From: Basidiobolus meristosporus CBS 931.73
Taxonomy: Eukaryota > Fungi > Basidiobolomycota
Direction of reading: 5' to 3'
DNA length: 64,000 nt
Assembly: GCA_002104905.1 (NCBI GenBank)
Contig: MCFE01000403.1
Span: 1-64,000, forward strand
A program made the translations under genes and the position numbers. Each line of letters opens with the position of its first letter. Positions within the stretch are counted from its first letter, which is position 1. The notes beneath the pieces are model-generated. The model worked only from the letters and a program-made list of their open reading frames with translations, ran no database searches and was not told the origin of the DNA. Positions 1-12,912 of this stretch are shown in pieces.

Positions 1-530
1 TATCAACCTCACTGGAGTGCGGATCAACTGGCTGCTCTTCAACCACTTGTGGAAACAGCTGTTGTCTTGCAGGGTCCAGACTGGACTTGGTTGACGGCAA
101 TGCTTGCCGCAAACTGCAGCTTTTGTCTTACACTTCTCTGTTGCTGCCTATGGTAGGCTTTCTTTCATTTCCCCTTACCTTTACTACTGCCAGGACCATC
201 ACTGCTACTCTGACTGGGTGCATCTTGTGTTGAACTATGCTGGTTCCTAGATAAACACCATGACACCCTATGAAAAATTACTTGGTCCCACAGGTGGATC
301 CAATCCGGATCAGCTGTCAGCTAGTGTCATAATACTGGCAAGGTGGATTTCTTCTCCCTCTCAATGGACTTACAGCATGGTCTTGCGGGTGGTTTGCTGC
401 CTGGACTGCCCAATAGAGTAAGAAGCTTGATGGTGGTTTGACAGTCTTCTGGTGGGCTTCTTATGGCTTTGTGATGAACATATCATGGCCAACAACATTC
501 TGGCAGTACTAAGCTGGCCAATCTATATAA
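1..530 (-). pseudogene. Fragment of CACTA-like element ORF2 (repeat region and downstream part)
   Basis: The reverse complement of ~130-330 matches 13490-13630 and 33420-33570 (motif ...GPGSSKGKGK...RQKLQ). Boundaries approximate. Confidence 0.55.
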
Positions 531-568
531 TCACCCTTCATGGTAAAATATCTGACAGAATTTTGGGT

Positions 569-826
569 TGTAACCCTTGTGGAGATATTGGAAGTGATCT
601 GGGAAAGTAAGTAGACTATGTGGTGTTACTTGATGATTTGTTGAATGTAAAAGCAGTACTTCCACTATCACAATGTCCTGGCAAACCAAGGTTGTGGAGC
701 ATGTCTGGAAAGGTCTCAAGACCATGTGTGCAATGTTTGGCACTGCTTGGACAACTTTGAAATTTCAAAAGACTATAACTCAGGTGACCAAGTAAGTTGA
801 ATATTTGGGTGTAATTACAAAACTTG
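569..826 (-). repeat. Degraded 3' LTR of copia-1
   Basis: Reverse complement aligns to the LTRs at 2604-2952, 26199-26547 and 61037-61385. It is preceded on the minus strand by the purine tract gagggagag (~832-841). Confidence 0.7.
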
Positions 827-1250
827 CCCCACTCTCCCTCAGCTAAATATTCATATATACCCAATGGTAATCTAAGATATTTCAATTTGTCCTTGGCCAA
901 CTGGTTTGTCAGTGTGTCAGCCATCATTTTATATGTAGGAGAGTAAGCCAAGTTAACCAAGTTATTTTCTATAGCTTTGGGGGTGAAATAACACCCAACA
1001 TCCATGTGCTTAGCTCTGAAATGAAAAGTTAAATTTCTACCTAGCTAAATATAGCATCCAATACCTTGAAATAAGACAGTAGGGCTTTTTCCATATAATC
1101 TCTTGTCTTCAAAGAGCCATCTTGGCCAAGTTAATTCTTTGTAGCTCACATGCTGCCATATACTCTGCCTCTATGGTGGAAAGTGCTACAGTCAGTTGCT
1201 TTCTTGAATTTCATGAGATTGCTCCTTTATACCATATGAACAATGATATG
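827..1250 (-). pseudogene. pol: Ty1/copia RNase H C-terminal remnant plus polypurine tract
   Basis: Minus strand gives GAISWNSRKQLTVALSTIEAEYMAAC and ...NLAYSPTYKMMADTLTNQLAKDKLKYLR, typical copia RNase H motifs. Confidence 0.8.
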
Positions 1251-1299
1251 GTCCTGCAAGCAGAAATGATCCACATCAGCTACTAAGATTCTGCATGCA

Positions 1300-2603
1300 G
1301 GCCAATATAATGCCAGTTACTTGGAATTCTTGTCCCTCTTTGCAATCTCAAGGCAGGGTTGTGTTGGTGTTTTACTGTATTTACTCCCTATGAGAAATAA
1401 CAGTGGTGCTCCTGTCAAAAGGCCAACACAAAACTTAAATCTTATGACTAAGAGGTAATGATGCCATTAGGACACTGTGCAAAGACCACTTAAAAATTGC
1501 ATCTCAGATTTCACAAGAAATTGAGTCAAAGCTTTTGATCACAACAATACAGTAGTAGCTTCTGATTGGTTCTCTGTTAAATCTCCCACTTTCTGATCCC
1601 AGACACTCAATCACCTTATATGCTTGTGAACATTGATTGGCTATTGCCCCTTTTTCACACTGCTTACTTCCTGACTCAGCCAGTGCACTTACTCTTCATG
1701 GATACAAACTGATTTATTACTGTTGAAGTTTTAGTTGTAACTCAATTGCCAATTATACAGACCTATACAAGTCCCTATACCTAACACTAACATTAGGCCC
1801 AACCTCATACTTAACAAGTAGCTTCATCAAATTCTACCATTCAGCATGTATTTCTGTCATAGCAGCTTTATTCCATGATTTTGGTGGGAGCCCAATGGCT
1901 TTATGCCATTATTCATTCACTGGTTCCTATACATCCTGGTCTTCAGCCAGTACTACAAGGTCTAGCACCTCCTCTGCCAGTCTTTGTATTAAATCCCAGC
2001 AATATTCAAGTACATTTTCCTGGGTACTGCTCTTGAAGAAGTGTTGCAAGCACTTGGTGAACCTATTAATGTACTAAAATCTCACTGTAGGCATGGTAAG
2101 AGTCCCATATTTCTTGATGTTGTTGCTTTGTCTGTCATTGGGATCTCCACTTGGTCTACAACAGAGGATGTGGAGGCAGTGGTAGACAGATTGCCTTTCT
2201 CTGCAAGCTCATCTACCCCACTAGGGTGTAGCTCAGCTGGCTGCACTTTCTACTCTTAAGAAAGTGGCTGTTGTCATCTTGGTAGTACTTCTGGGGCTGT
2301 TCAGGGCTGAAGGCATGGATTAGTGAGAGTTGCAATTTTTTTCTCACCATTCCCTGTCTTTGGCTGAGATAAACTTTTCTCCCTTTACCTTTACCCTTGT
2401 CACTGCCAGGTCTTTCACTGCTACTCCTATTGAGTGCTTCTATTATTTTAATATAATTTCTCCTTAATAAATGCTGCATTGGTGCATGCATATCTGCCTG
2501 CTTGCCCCTACAGGCACTCTTCTGGCTACCTGATATTTCCTTGTCACTTGTTTTGAGCTTTCAGCCCCACATGTTGCAGGTCCCTGAGAAAGCCACTGGT
2601 TTT
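1300..2603 (-). pseudogene. 3' part of CACTA-like ORF2 and downstream sequence
   Basis: Colinear reverse-complement match to ~33300-34480. Shared peptide LQHFFK..ENxLEYCxDxxQRLxxEVLDLxVLAE and the PGSDKGKG motif. Confidence 0.65.
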
Positions 2604-2952
2604 TGTGGTAAAGATTTGTAATTCCACCAAAATATTCAACTAACTTAGACACTTAGATCACTACCTCCAAATCTTACAGAATACTGACCAAAATCTTTGT
2701 TAGGATTTACTTAGAATATTTTCACCACAATATCAGGTACCCAGAACATGCAAATTCTCAAAGTTGTTCAAACAGCCCCAAGCTTTGAGCACATGTTCTT
2801 GGGATCTTCCTCAGCCCATTCTACATGTTTGTATTGCCAAGACCATGGAAAAGTGTACACACTACTTTTACATTCAATAAATCATTTAGCAAGAACCACA
2901 TAATCTACTTGTTCTCTCAATCACTTCCAATATCTTCAAGACTCTTGCAACT
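2604..2952 (+). repeat. copia-1 5' LTR (349 bp)
   Basis: TGTGG...CAACT (decayed TGTTG...CAACA), same length as and homologous to 26199-26547 and 61037-61385. Followed directly by a PBS. Confidence 0.85.
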
Positions 2953-2965
2953 GGTCATGAGCCCC
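2953..2965 (+). promoter_or_regulatory. copia-1 primer binding site (tRNA-iMet anticodon-stem type)
   Basis: ggtcatgagcccc here; ggttatgagcccc at 26548-26560 and on the minus strand at ~18076-18088. Complementary to GGGCUCAUAACC of initiator tRNA-Met. Confidence 0.75.
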
Positions 2966-4060
2966 AAGCTGTCACACTCTGCAATGTCTACTACTGCTAT
3001 TACTGGTATTTATCCCTCTGCTGAAAAGTTGGATGGATCTAACTACCAAGTGTGGAAGGTGAAGATGAAGATGCTGCTACAAGAAAGAGGCCTTTGGGAT
3101 ATTGTCATGGGAGAAGAATGCCCTCCTCAAAACATGGGAGAGGAATCTTCAAAGTAGCAGAAGTAAGAACAAAGTGTCTTAACTGCATTTGCCTTAATCT
3201 CAAAGACAAATTGCTAATTCAATGCTCAAGAGAAAAATGGCAAAGAATACTGGAAGGCATTAGAAGACACCTACCAGTCATGCGCAGCTGCCAAGAAGAT
3301 GTATTTAGACAAAAATTCTTCACTACAAAGATGCTGCCAGGAGGAGAAATGAAAAATCTAACTAACAGAATTTCCCTGCTGCAGGATGAGACAGAATCTG
3401 TGGGTGTACTAACTACTAATGAGGATGTGATAGCAACCATCCCAAATAGTTTGACAGACATGTTTTAGGGCCTTGTATCAGCCCTAGAGTCCAGAGCTGA
3501 AGATTTGACCTTAAATTATGTATATGGAAGGCTCCTGGATGAAGAATTAAGAAAACTCAGCACCAATTAGATGAAAGAAGAAAATGCATTAAAAAGCAAT
3601 GATAACTAACAAAGAAGATACCCAAGACCTATTAAAGGCAATAACAACCTGTTTTGCAACTACTGCAAAAGGAAAGGACATACATCAGACCAGTGCTTAA
3701 AAAAGAGAGATAGTCAGCAGAAAAGCCTGAATACACAAATGCTGCAACAACTGAATATAGACTACTCATATCTGCACAAAATATGACCACAAAAAAGGAT
3801 TCTCAGACATGGTACATTGACTCTGGAGCATCTCAACACCTTACACCCCAAAAAGAACTTCTTACCCAATATCAAGAAATTCCAATTATGAAGGTATTCA
3901 TTGGTGACAATAGAATACTTGATGCAGTGGGAGAAGAAAATATCCAAGTAAACCTCAGAAGCAGTGAAGGAACCCACACACTGACCTTTAAAGAAGTACT
4001 TTATGTATCAGAAATAGCCAAGAACCTACTATCTCTAAGCATGGCCCTTATGAAAATAAT
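2957..4060 (+). pseudogene. gag: copia-1 gag (UBN2-type), zinc knuckle and protease remnant, 3'-truncated
   Basis: KLDGSNYQVWKVKMKMLLQERGLWDIV; CNYCKRKGHTSDQC; WYIDSGASQH. Contains stops and frameshifts. Confidence 0.9.
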
Positions 4061-5110
4061 CTGGTTCCACAGGTGGATCTGATCCAAATCAACCATCAGG
4101 ATCCCATTTGGAGACCATCATAATACCAGCAGCTTGGAATTAATGACCCTCTTAATGATCTTATGACAGGATCACACCGGTATTTGGCTAATTTTACTGC
4201 CAAATAAAGTTAAAAAAACTTGACAGGGTTTAGTTGGTGCTGTGGTGATAATTGAGTGGCATTATTGCAGTTGTAATGTGCTCTACACCTAGTTTAATTG
4301 GTTTTAACTGGCCAGTATATCCAGTTGACTAATATGGCAACAAACTTGACAGTGTCTTGACAACTTCATTGCAAGTCTCTGCATGGCAGTATTGTGGCCT
4401 GCAGCCAGTTCTGTACAATACCACTTTATCAATTTACCAAATGGTATTTCCTTCTTCTACCTCCCCTTGTGCAATTCATATAATCCACTGTACAATTGCC
4501 CCTCTTTATTTACTTACCCACTACCACCTTGGGCATTCCACATATAGTTCAAGTCAAAAAATACCATGGCCTCCTGATTACTAACCTCTACAAATGCTCA
4601 CACCTGCTGCAATTGACATGCTTCTATTGCCTCAACTTTACAGCTTTTTAGTATGATGCTAGGAAAGTTGCCTCATACCCTGTATTGCTGGTAACATATA
4701 CATCTTACAAATATATGCTTAGTTGCTGCCACTTCTGCCATGAATACCTCCTGAATATCTGCAAAGAACTTGTTGGTTTTTAGCCAATATATTCCTTCCC
4801 CCTGTTGAATTCTAGTCCCCCTTATAGGTGCATTCTGGCTCTTGTTTGAGTGAGCTCCATAATGAATGGTGTAGAAACTTGCTTGTGACCAAGAGAAATC
4901 TGGCATACCATGGTAGAGTTTTCAAAATAAAAACTAGTTGCTTGTTGCACCCAGCCCAACTTTGCATTACTTGACTGATTACCCACACATTGGGGCTGCT
5001 TAGCTTCTTAATGCCATAGGCATAGGTGTCTCCATGTGCACATCTGTCCTCAGTATTTTCCAACTCTTCCTGGCTGTCCTCCATGTGCCAACTCATCACA
5101 TCCATGATGC

Positions 5111-5366
5111 TGTGGTAGGTCAAACATACCTCCCACAGACAAGTTTATTCATATAGCCATCATGTTGCACTTATCCATAGCTTATCTTATCAGTATTATC
5201 CCATTCTTCATTTGCCCCTATTATTAGTATTATCCCCATGTGATTTTTACCCTGATTAGTTATTAGCATTTCTTATCCCAGATGATATTCAGCTTTGTTA
5301 TCTGTATATGTATCTACATTAGGTAAGTACCCATGTCAATACCTGTTACACATGACCTAAGTCTTA
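5111..5366 (+). repeat. Truncated LTR B2 fragment inside the CACTA transposase
   Basis: Starts TGTGGTAGG and matches the reverse complement of ~38960-39214. Flanked by a 26-bp duplication of host sequence. Confidence 0.8.
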
Positions 5367-7223
5367 TGTGCCAACTCATCAGATCCATGATAGACTTGAA
5401 GCTAAAATTTGTGATGAGAATGGGATACGGTGGTACCTGCAGTTTGACTCATCTCCCTATCTCCCCTTGCATCCACTTCATAGGAGACTCCCAAAAGGTA
5501 AAGCAAGGTCCAATACTCTCAACACATCAAGCAAGATGGAATAGCAAATGTATACAGTAGTAGCAGAGTTCTACATGTTCAGCTTTATACTTGTAGTATT
5601 GCTGCTCAGATCCCATAACCAACTCTTTGCACAAAGGCTGTAGATGCATCAAGTTGGCATTGGTGATCTGCTTCTGGATAAATATTCCTACAATGTCCAC
5701 ATATGACTCCCAATGCTTCCAGTGTACTCTTGGTAGAAATGGCTTCAGAAGGCCACTTGAATAAATACATATCCAGTTCATCCAGTCCTTGCACTTCTAT
5801 TGTTGCATATGGATATGAATGTTGATTGGAGCCTGTAAGAAGTACTCAGGGTAGAGGATACTCTGTGATATCTTGCCAATTCTTTCAAATTTCTCTAGTA
5901 TCTCAAAGGGCTCATTTAGCTTGAAATGCCCCATGTACAACTTGGTAATCAGTATAGGGATATTGTTGAAAAGCAAATGCATTGCTCCCAGTGGAAAGCT
6001 TTTGCTCCAACAGATATCCTCTATCTTAAATATCTCCAGTTTCCAATTGATTCAATATTCTGGCTGATTGCTTTTTGCTAGCCAGTTTTGCAGTAATTGC
6101 ATGCTGACTTCAGTACATTCTCTCTGCAGAAAGATGATGTTCTTAGTTCAGGTGTTTAGGTAATAATATTATGTTTGAGTTATGGGGTGAGTCCCCTGGA
6201 TCTCACACATTTGACAGCAATACCATCTATTGTGCCCAGAAAAGCTGGCTGTCTTGCTGATGGCTGGTGTATCTCCAGTGAAGATGATAATATGCACTTT
6301 TACTTGATGGCTATTTACTTTTATTCTGCTGGAAAGCATACAAAACTCATCCAGCAATAGATACAGGTAGTTATCCTGGCTGGATGGTGATTTTGGCTCA
6401 GATACCAGTGAGACTCCCATCAGATTTCTGCTCTGATACTGTAAGATAGGCAGTAGATTCAGGCTGATGAAAACCAGTGGCCAGTAGGATTAACTGGTAG
6501 AGTACTTGTTTAATGAGAATTCATCAAGTGCCAAGGCAAAGGCATGGTCATACATACCCTCAAAGCGGCCCTTGCTTCTTAGCTGCTTGTAAGGTTTGCC
6601 ATCAAATATATCTGATGTGTTTGCACTTGATTGATACTGAGCACAGTACTTTATAGCTTCACAATATTTGTTGGACTGCAGGAGCCTCTTTATATGGGGT
6701 ATTACTGGAATATATTTGGGGTGTTAACAATGTTTTCCCCCAATGGTGGTGGATTCTGGACAAGATGGACACCTTACAATGGTGGCATTTCTGATGTGAA
6801 TGCCATGCAACTATTAACACTTGGGGGTATCAGGATGGTTGCTGGGTCATATGTTGCCAGCTACATGACAGTTTTCCATTTATACTATGTGCAAGATAAG
6901 TTGCATCTCAGGATGATTTTGGCAAGGAGTAGTAGTATGTTCTCAAAGCCCTCATTACTGATATTTGTGGGAACACACTACTTCTCAAGCCACAACATCA
7001 CATCATCCACCAGTAGATGGATTACTGGGCTCACTTGACATCATAACATATACTTGGCATTTTTTTCCACAGATGTTGTGTAATTGCATTATTGGATTTT
7101 GCCAGACTCATGCAGGATAGTGTTGTTAGGGAAGATAGGCTCACAATCCATTAGTGAGCCTGCTGCTTCAGGGCTGCCACTCTGCATGCCATATTCAGAA
7201 GGCTGGGGTGAGCCAAAAGGCAT

Positions 7224-8295
7224 CATAGTGGGGTCACAGTGACACCAACTGACAAATGTGCTCATTCCCATATTTTCTACTTCCTTATTTTTCTACTACC
7301 CTTAAATTAGTTTTATCCCATTTATCTTACTTGATCAGTACTATCCCATAAGCTGGCTCACTATCACACCTGCTTACCTTATTGCAAAAGTTATTCCTCA
7401 CTTTATGGAAGGTCACTTGATGTAAGTGCATCTATATTAGGCAGCTACCCATGCCAGTACCAGTTACACATGACCAAACTGCATCACTGTCCCTACCATT
7501 TTCATATCAAATATGGTATCCCAATGTTACACAGGTTTTAAAATACCAATCCCTGATTGGTTGGGTGTGCTGTGCCTCTTGAAACCTTCCAGTACATACT
7601 TAGAACACTCTGAGTTCATTCTAATGTCATTAAGATTTCCATTTGATCACCATAGCCTTCTGGAACACCATGATTAGTTATCACTTTGCCAGTGAGAAAA
7701 GTATACCAAGGGGGGGCAATCCCTCAACAATAAATCATCATCCCTTTTATCAATATACCAACTTGTTGATTAGTGCGATCACTGCTACCTGCTGCAACCT
7801 GAACTCCAACCTTTGACCACAGGACACTCCCAAGAGACCGCACTAACAGTCAACTGACCTTAGAGGCACTACTTGTGAGGAATACTCAGAGTAGGTATCT
7901 TTTATTACATTTGATTCTTTCCCAAGTTTGTTGTTGTACAGGCAAAAATACTTTTCTGTCTTTGTAACTATTGACTGCAGCTGCATTCTTATCAAGTTGC
8001 TGCTGGTGGAGTGTACAATTGTTTTGACTTTGGAAGCTTTGATAGATTGCCATCCCAGAGAATGCTGAAACCAGCACATACATTTGTTAAGACACCAACT
8101 AAGTTGGGGATTGTAGCTCAATAGTTTTCCCTTGACAAGCTTGCGGCTTTATTCCCCTTCACATTAGATCAGAGACAAAAAGCAAGTATTCCTGGCAAGC
8201 TTTTGCCAGAGATTATTGCACCCAGTGAGCACCCCACACACAAACACTTGAGAAGTGTTGGACATATCCTTCCCTTGGACTTATACACTGCCACA
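7224..8295 (+). repeat. Old solo LTR of gypsy B (~1070 bp)
   Basis: Full-length homology to 62272-63340 (catagtgggg...ccaca). Removing it restores continuity with CACTA copy 2 (~15520-15575). Confidence 0.9.
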
Positions 8296-9699
8296 GTTTT
8301 ATAAACTCTCCTGACTCAGTTTGCACCAGGTGACAAGTACGGCTAAATGCCATTATAGAAGTATCAAGTGGCTGGCAAGATATTGTTGGTACAGTAGTGT
8401 CTGGTAAATGGTCAAATATGACTTGTGTGGCAAAAAACTGGATGTGATCCTTGTAATACTTTACATGCTGTCCATGTGTGTCATGGCTGAGAGACTTACT
8501 ACAATAGCCACATGGTCTTTTTTCTCTTCTCTTACAGTGCTGAATCAAAGTAGCCTTGTTCATGGGGCAAACAGTTTGACACTCAACAGCATAATGCTAT
8601 TATATCCCTTTTTTGTCAATCCTCATGTGAGCTGACTACAGTCTTGTATTTAAGACATTGCACCTACATGAATGTATGATTCAGTGATGACCTGCCATAG
8701 AAAGCACTATAAATAAAGTTGCAGCACCACATACACATGTAAATGTAATGCCATTTCCCTTTTAGTTTGACTCACCTTCATACATATGCTGCCAAAAATA
8801 AAGCAAAGTAGTTTAGTTCCAACAAAGCCCTACTACTGACTGCAGCAGAAGAACAGGTAGACAACAGCTTGCTTTGATATTCAGTGCAACAAGTAGGGCT
8901 ACAACCAAAAAAGGTCCTGTGGACAGTGTGCCCACTGAAGGGAATAATGTAGACTCCTCAGGCTCTCAGTCAAGTAGGCAATTGAGAATCTCTGCAGAGC
9001 TGCTAGCTGACCATATTGCTAAGGCAGATGAGAATGTAGCATTTGCAGCACCTTCAGTTGAAGACCATCAAGTGACCATCACAACATTGCCACCACCCAT
9101 ATTTGCAAGTATCTTGTCAGCTCATACCAAAGCATTAATGAGGCAATTAGGTGCAGTGGCCAAAAGCATAGATGCAATGGCCCAGATAAATCAGGCAATA
9201 GTCCATATACAGGATGAGTGGATAAACAGTGTAGAGCAGTCAATGTCCCAGGTAGAGAGAGCAGTATCTTTGCTGCAAAGAAGGAACTCAAGTAGCTCAA
9301 TGCACATCTAAGAATTGAGCCATCTCCCAATGTAACAGCAGAGGAGCACCATATAGACTTTGAAGCACAACAACAGTACCCAAAGATAAACCTCACAGAA
9401 AAATCTATCACAGCATGGAAGGGAGAAAATGCAGTGTTAATACTAAGGCCTTAAAATCAAAAGACATTGAAGATCCATGAGGACATTGAGTGCAACAATG
9501 AAAAGTGGGCAAATATTCAAGAGGCTGCTAGAAGTCTAGCATGCTAACACCTCCAGGCCAGCATAGCATGGGACCATCTGAAACTCACTGCCAAGCAGAA
9601 TGTACTTGACTTGCTTCATGAGCATTATCCTGGATTCAAACAAGCAAACAAATTTTGGGCCAGCATTGGTATGAAAAGAAAGTAGACTTGTTCCATTGT

Positions 9700-11668
9700 A
9701 CTGTGGCAGGGTGCGTGGTGCAATCTGCAGTCTCTAAGAACAATTGGGTGCAATATTGTAGCTACCAGTAGGCAGGATTGCTCTTGGACAATTTCACACT
9801 ATGTGGGACAATCTTGCACACTATGGCACTATCTGACATGATGGGGTTGGCACAAATGATTGCACCCACTTGTAATGTTTGCATCATGTGTGCAATTGGA
9901 TACCGTTATTATGGTAGGTAAAATTCAGTATTCTGATATGATTCTTTAATGTAAATGGAAATAAATGTGCATCACACTATAAACTACACTGATACTTACC
10001 ATTTTAGTTTCTAACACTCCAATTGGATGGTATCTTGGTGGTTAATTGGTCCAAAAGTATCCAGAAGCTGTTGGCCCCCAATTGGCTCTTTGATCAATAT
10101 GCAAGCTACCTGATTTGCCATCAAATATCCCATTTTGCCCATCAAGAAGTAAATCCCTGATCCTAGTGATTGGACAAGGTGTCATAGCTAGCACGCAACC
10201 AATTGTATGGGTGTGGATCAGATCAAAATGCTGCACTGTGCCACAGATGATGTATACATATGAAGGGTGTTTATTTATAGGGGTCCTGTCTCAAATGTGA
10301 GACAACTTTGATATTGCTTATATCAAAAATTTAGTGATCACTGATTTGCAATGACTTGATGCGGATTGCAAAAAAAAATGAGTCATTTGGAGCATTACAA
10401 ACAATAGCAATTCAATGCAATTGCATCATCTTCTCCTAGGCTTTTTTTGCACAGGGATTACTACTGAAGCATTTGGTAGTGATTCACTTTGCACACCTAA
10501 ACTACTTTCTTCTTGACTATCCTCTTGGCTACTTGTGTATATGTAGTCAGTATTTTGCCTCATAGTTGGTGAGTGCAATGCTGCAGCTTGGCCATGCTGA
10601 ATTGGGCCTGATGGTGCAACTGAGCTAGCCTGAAGTGCTACGTGCTGACGTGTTCATTTACTTGCCAAAGGCTCTGGTGGTGGAAGCACTTCATGTGGGT
10701 CATCATCAGTCAGTTCACCAGAAGAAACTTGCTGATGATCAGGTGTAGTGGCATGTGCAAACGCAACTTGATGCGCTGGCATGGCCCTTGGCTGAATTCA
10801 ATGTGATGCTGCTTGCTGATGCAACTTGGCCTGCTCCAATGGACTTGTATCTTTTTGAGCAGTTTGGCGGGTTCTGGTGGTTTTGCTCTGAAACACGTGC
10901 GTTGACCCAATACTCATTGAGTCAATGCAGGTGCTCTTGTGAAGGGTGTTGGCGCAGTTTGGACTGACATGTGCTGGCATGCTGAAGTTGCAAGGGATGG
11001 TAAGGAATCCAGCAAGGCATGCTGGCACAATCTAGACAATGTTGCTTGCGGTCTGTATTCTTCCTCTTGAAACTCACCTTCTGATTCCTCAAGGTATTCA
11101 CTTACCCCTTGTCTAATACTTTGGAACTGTTGCCTGGATGAGTCCTGTGTATATTGCTCTTGGAAGCCACTTAGCCCTACTAATATGTCACGTAACACAT
11201 TAGTAATTTGCGGCAAAAACTCATTCAAAATCTCTTTGGTTCCCAAAGTTGAGGCACAAATGGACATGTCCAGCCTGTACTGGGCAAATTGTGTGCAAAA
11301 TTGTTCCTGCATGGCTTCCTCATTAAATCCCTACACTCTCAGTTCATTCTTGATTTCAATACTTGTCTTGCTATAAATCTTCTTACATATATCCACTGGC
11401 ATTTTGATGTAGAACTCATGCCACAGCTTTCTACTCAGGTTCTTCCATCTCTGTTGACTCTCCAAGATATCTAGTTCTGCTAGATTAATGAGTAGTGCCC
11501 AAGTATCTGTATGAAGGCTCATCATAGACACTTGGCCATACTGAAACCATTTGGCAAGAACTCAAACGGATCCAAAGTCAACTTTTCTGGTCCAGACCGT
11601 GCTTGTGAGCTGGGGGATGGGTTTTGTCTGGGTTGTACTAAAGATGAGTTGAGACTTGATATAGGGAC
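9700..11668 (-). pseudogene. PHIS gene 2 (unknown protein, intron-containing)
   Basis: Open segments 10914-11312 and 11331-11531. Homologues at ~21620-23560 (-) and ~38350-45990 (+). Conserved ~95-nt GT-AG intron near the 3' end. Confidence 0.65.
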
Positions 11669-12039
11669 CATAGTGATGGATTTGGATACTTATACAGTAA
11701 TGTATTGGTATAAACCTGCTCTTATATAAGATAAATAAAAAGCTAATGTGATTGTTGAATTTTCCATATATTATGCATGATGCATCTTGGATTGCATTGA
11801 CATGGATCAGATCACATCAATTGCAGATTTCATATTTGATTGTAGACTTGTGAATAAACATCAATAAAAATACCCAGCCATTGTTTGGAGTTGATTTTTG
11901 TGACATAATGATGGGATACATGGTAACTGATGGAGATCTAATCATAATGCATGGAAAGTCCAATAAATAAAGCTGATTGTGCCAGATCAAGTTAAATCAC
12001 CTTGGCACAATCCTCTACCAATTTAATATGACTTAATCA

Positions 12040-12912
12040 TCAAAATAGTCTTTTCTCATCAATCCTATCACTACCACTGGATTTCATTTTGACACACTAG
12101 AGGAGATCTACACCAAGTACTGTGGTCTATCTACCCCAATCTACTCAAGGAGATTCCTTGTTAAGCTTGTCTGCTATTACAAGAACTATTGCCCTACAAG
12201 GTTTCATCCCACCATCCATGGCAACAAAAGTACTAGAAGCTTTCATTCACAGCTGACAGCAATGAAGAGCCACCTTGCAGAGGGTATGAATGACTTAGAA
12301 CAAGCTTGGAATACTAGGTTCAGAAGCTCCAATAGACTTCCATATCCCAGAGTGCTCAGCAACAGGTTCCATATAAGGGGTATTTGAGATACCTTCCCAT
12401 CCAGGATTAACAGACCTTCTAGAGGGTGGAGGCACTTTTATTCTAGCAAGTACAAGGCACACTGAGTGAAGTTTAAAGTACTCTCTGACATTGAGGGTGA
12501 CATCATCTGGTTTAGTGGGCCATTTGCTGGAAGTAGGCATGACAAAGCACTCTTGGTAGGGAATCATCCAGAACTCAGTAGAGGGGAGAGATATATGGCA
12601 GACTTAGCTTATATAGGAGATGATTGTCAGAGATTAGGATGAGTTACAGCTTATAGGAAGCCAAGGAATGGTGTGCTTAGCAGGAAGCAGAAGCTCTACA
12701 ATGAGATATTTAATTATTTCAGAGTGAGGGTAGAGCATACATTTGGATATCTGAAGAGATTCAGCATATTGGCAGGTAAATACAGAGGAAAGTCATATAT
12801 AGGAGAGAACAGCAGAATATATAAAATAGTTAAGATACTTATCAATGCACAAAATATTCATACAAGAAGACATCCACTGAGAGAAATGAGTCTGGAGCAT
12901 TATGAAGAGTAA
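12040..12912 (+). pseudogene. DDE_Tnp_4 (IS5/Harbinger-like) transposase pseudogene
   Basis: DTFPSRINRP; KYKA..KFKVLSDIEG..WFSGPFAGSRHD; ADLAYIG; RKPRNGVLSRKQKLYNEIFNYFRVRVEHTFGYLKRFSIL. Confidence 0.9.

Larger units (their letters stand above)
4255..8563 (-). pseudogene. CACTA/EnSpm-like (tnp2 family, DUF4218-like) transposase pseudogene, copy 1, interrupted by LTR B2 and LTR B
   Basis: N-terminal CGYCSKSLSHDTHGQH; PKSPSSQDNYLYLLLDEF; GDTPAISKTASFSGHNRWYCCQMCEIQG; MHLLFNNI; HLLFHLA*CVESIGPCFTFW. Confidence 0.85.

Noticed and set aside
4060-4255. Short unassigned spacer as a CACTA terminus
   Set aside because: No CACTA-type TIR or TSD could be identified here or at any other CACTA fragment end.
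9700-9910. Apparent Cys/His-rich zinc-binding domain at the end of PHIS gene 2
   Set aside because: CpG decay converts Arg codons to Cys/His, and an alternative frame reads equally well. The true frame is unresolved.
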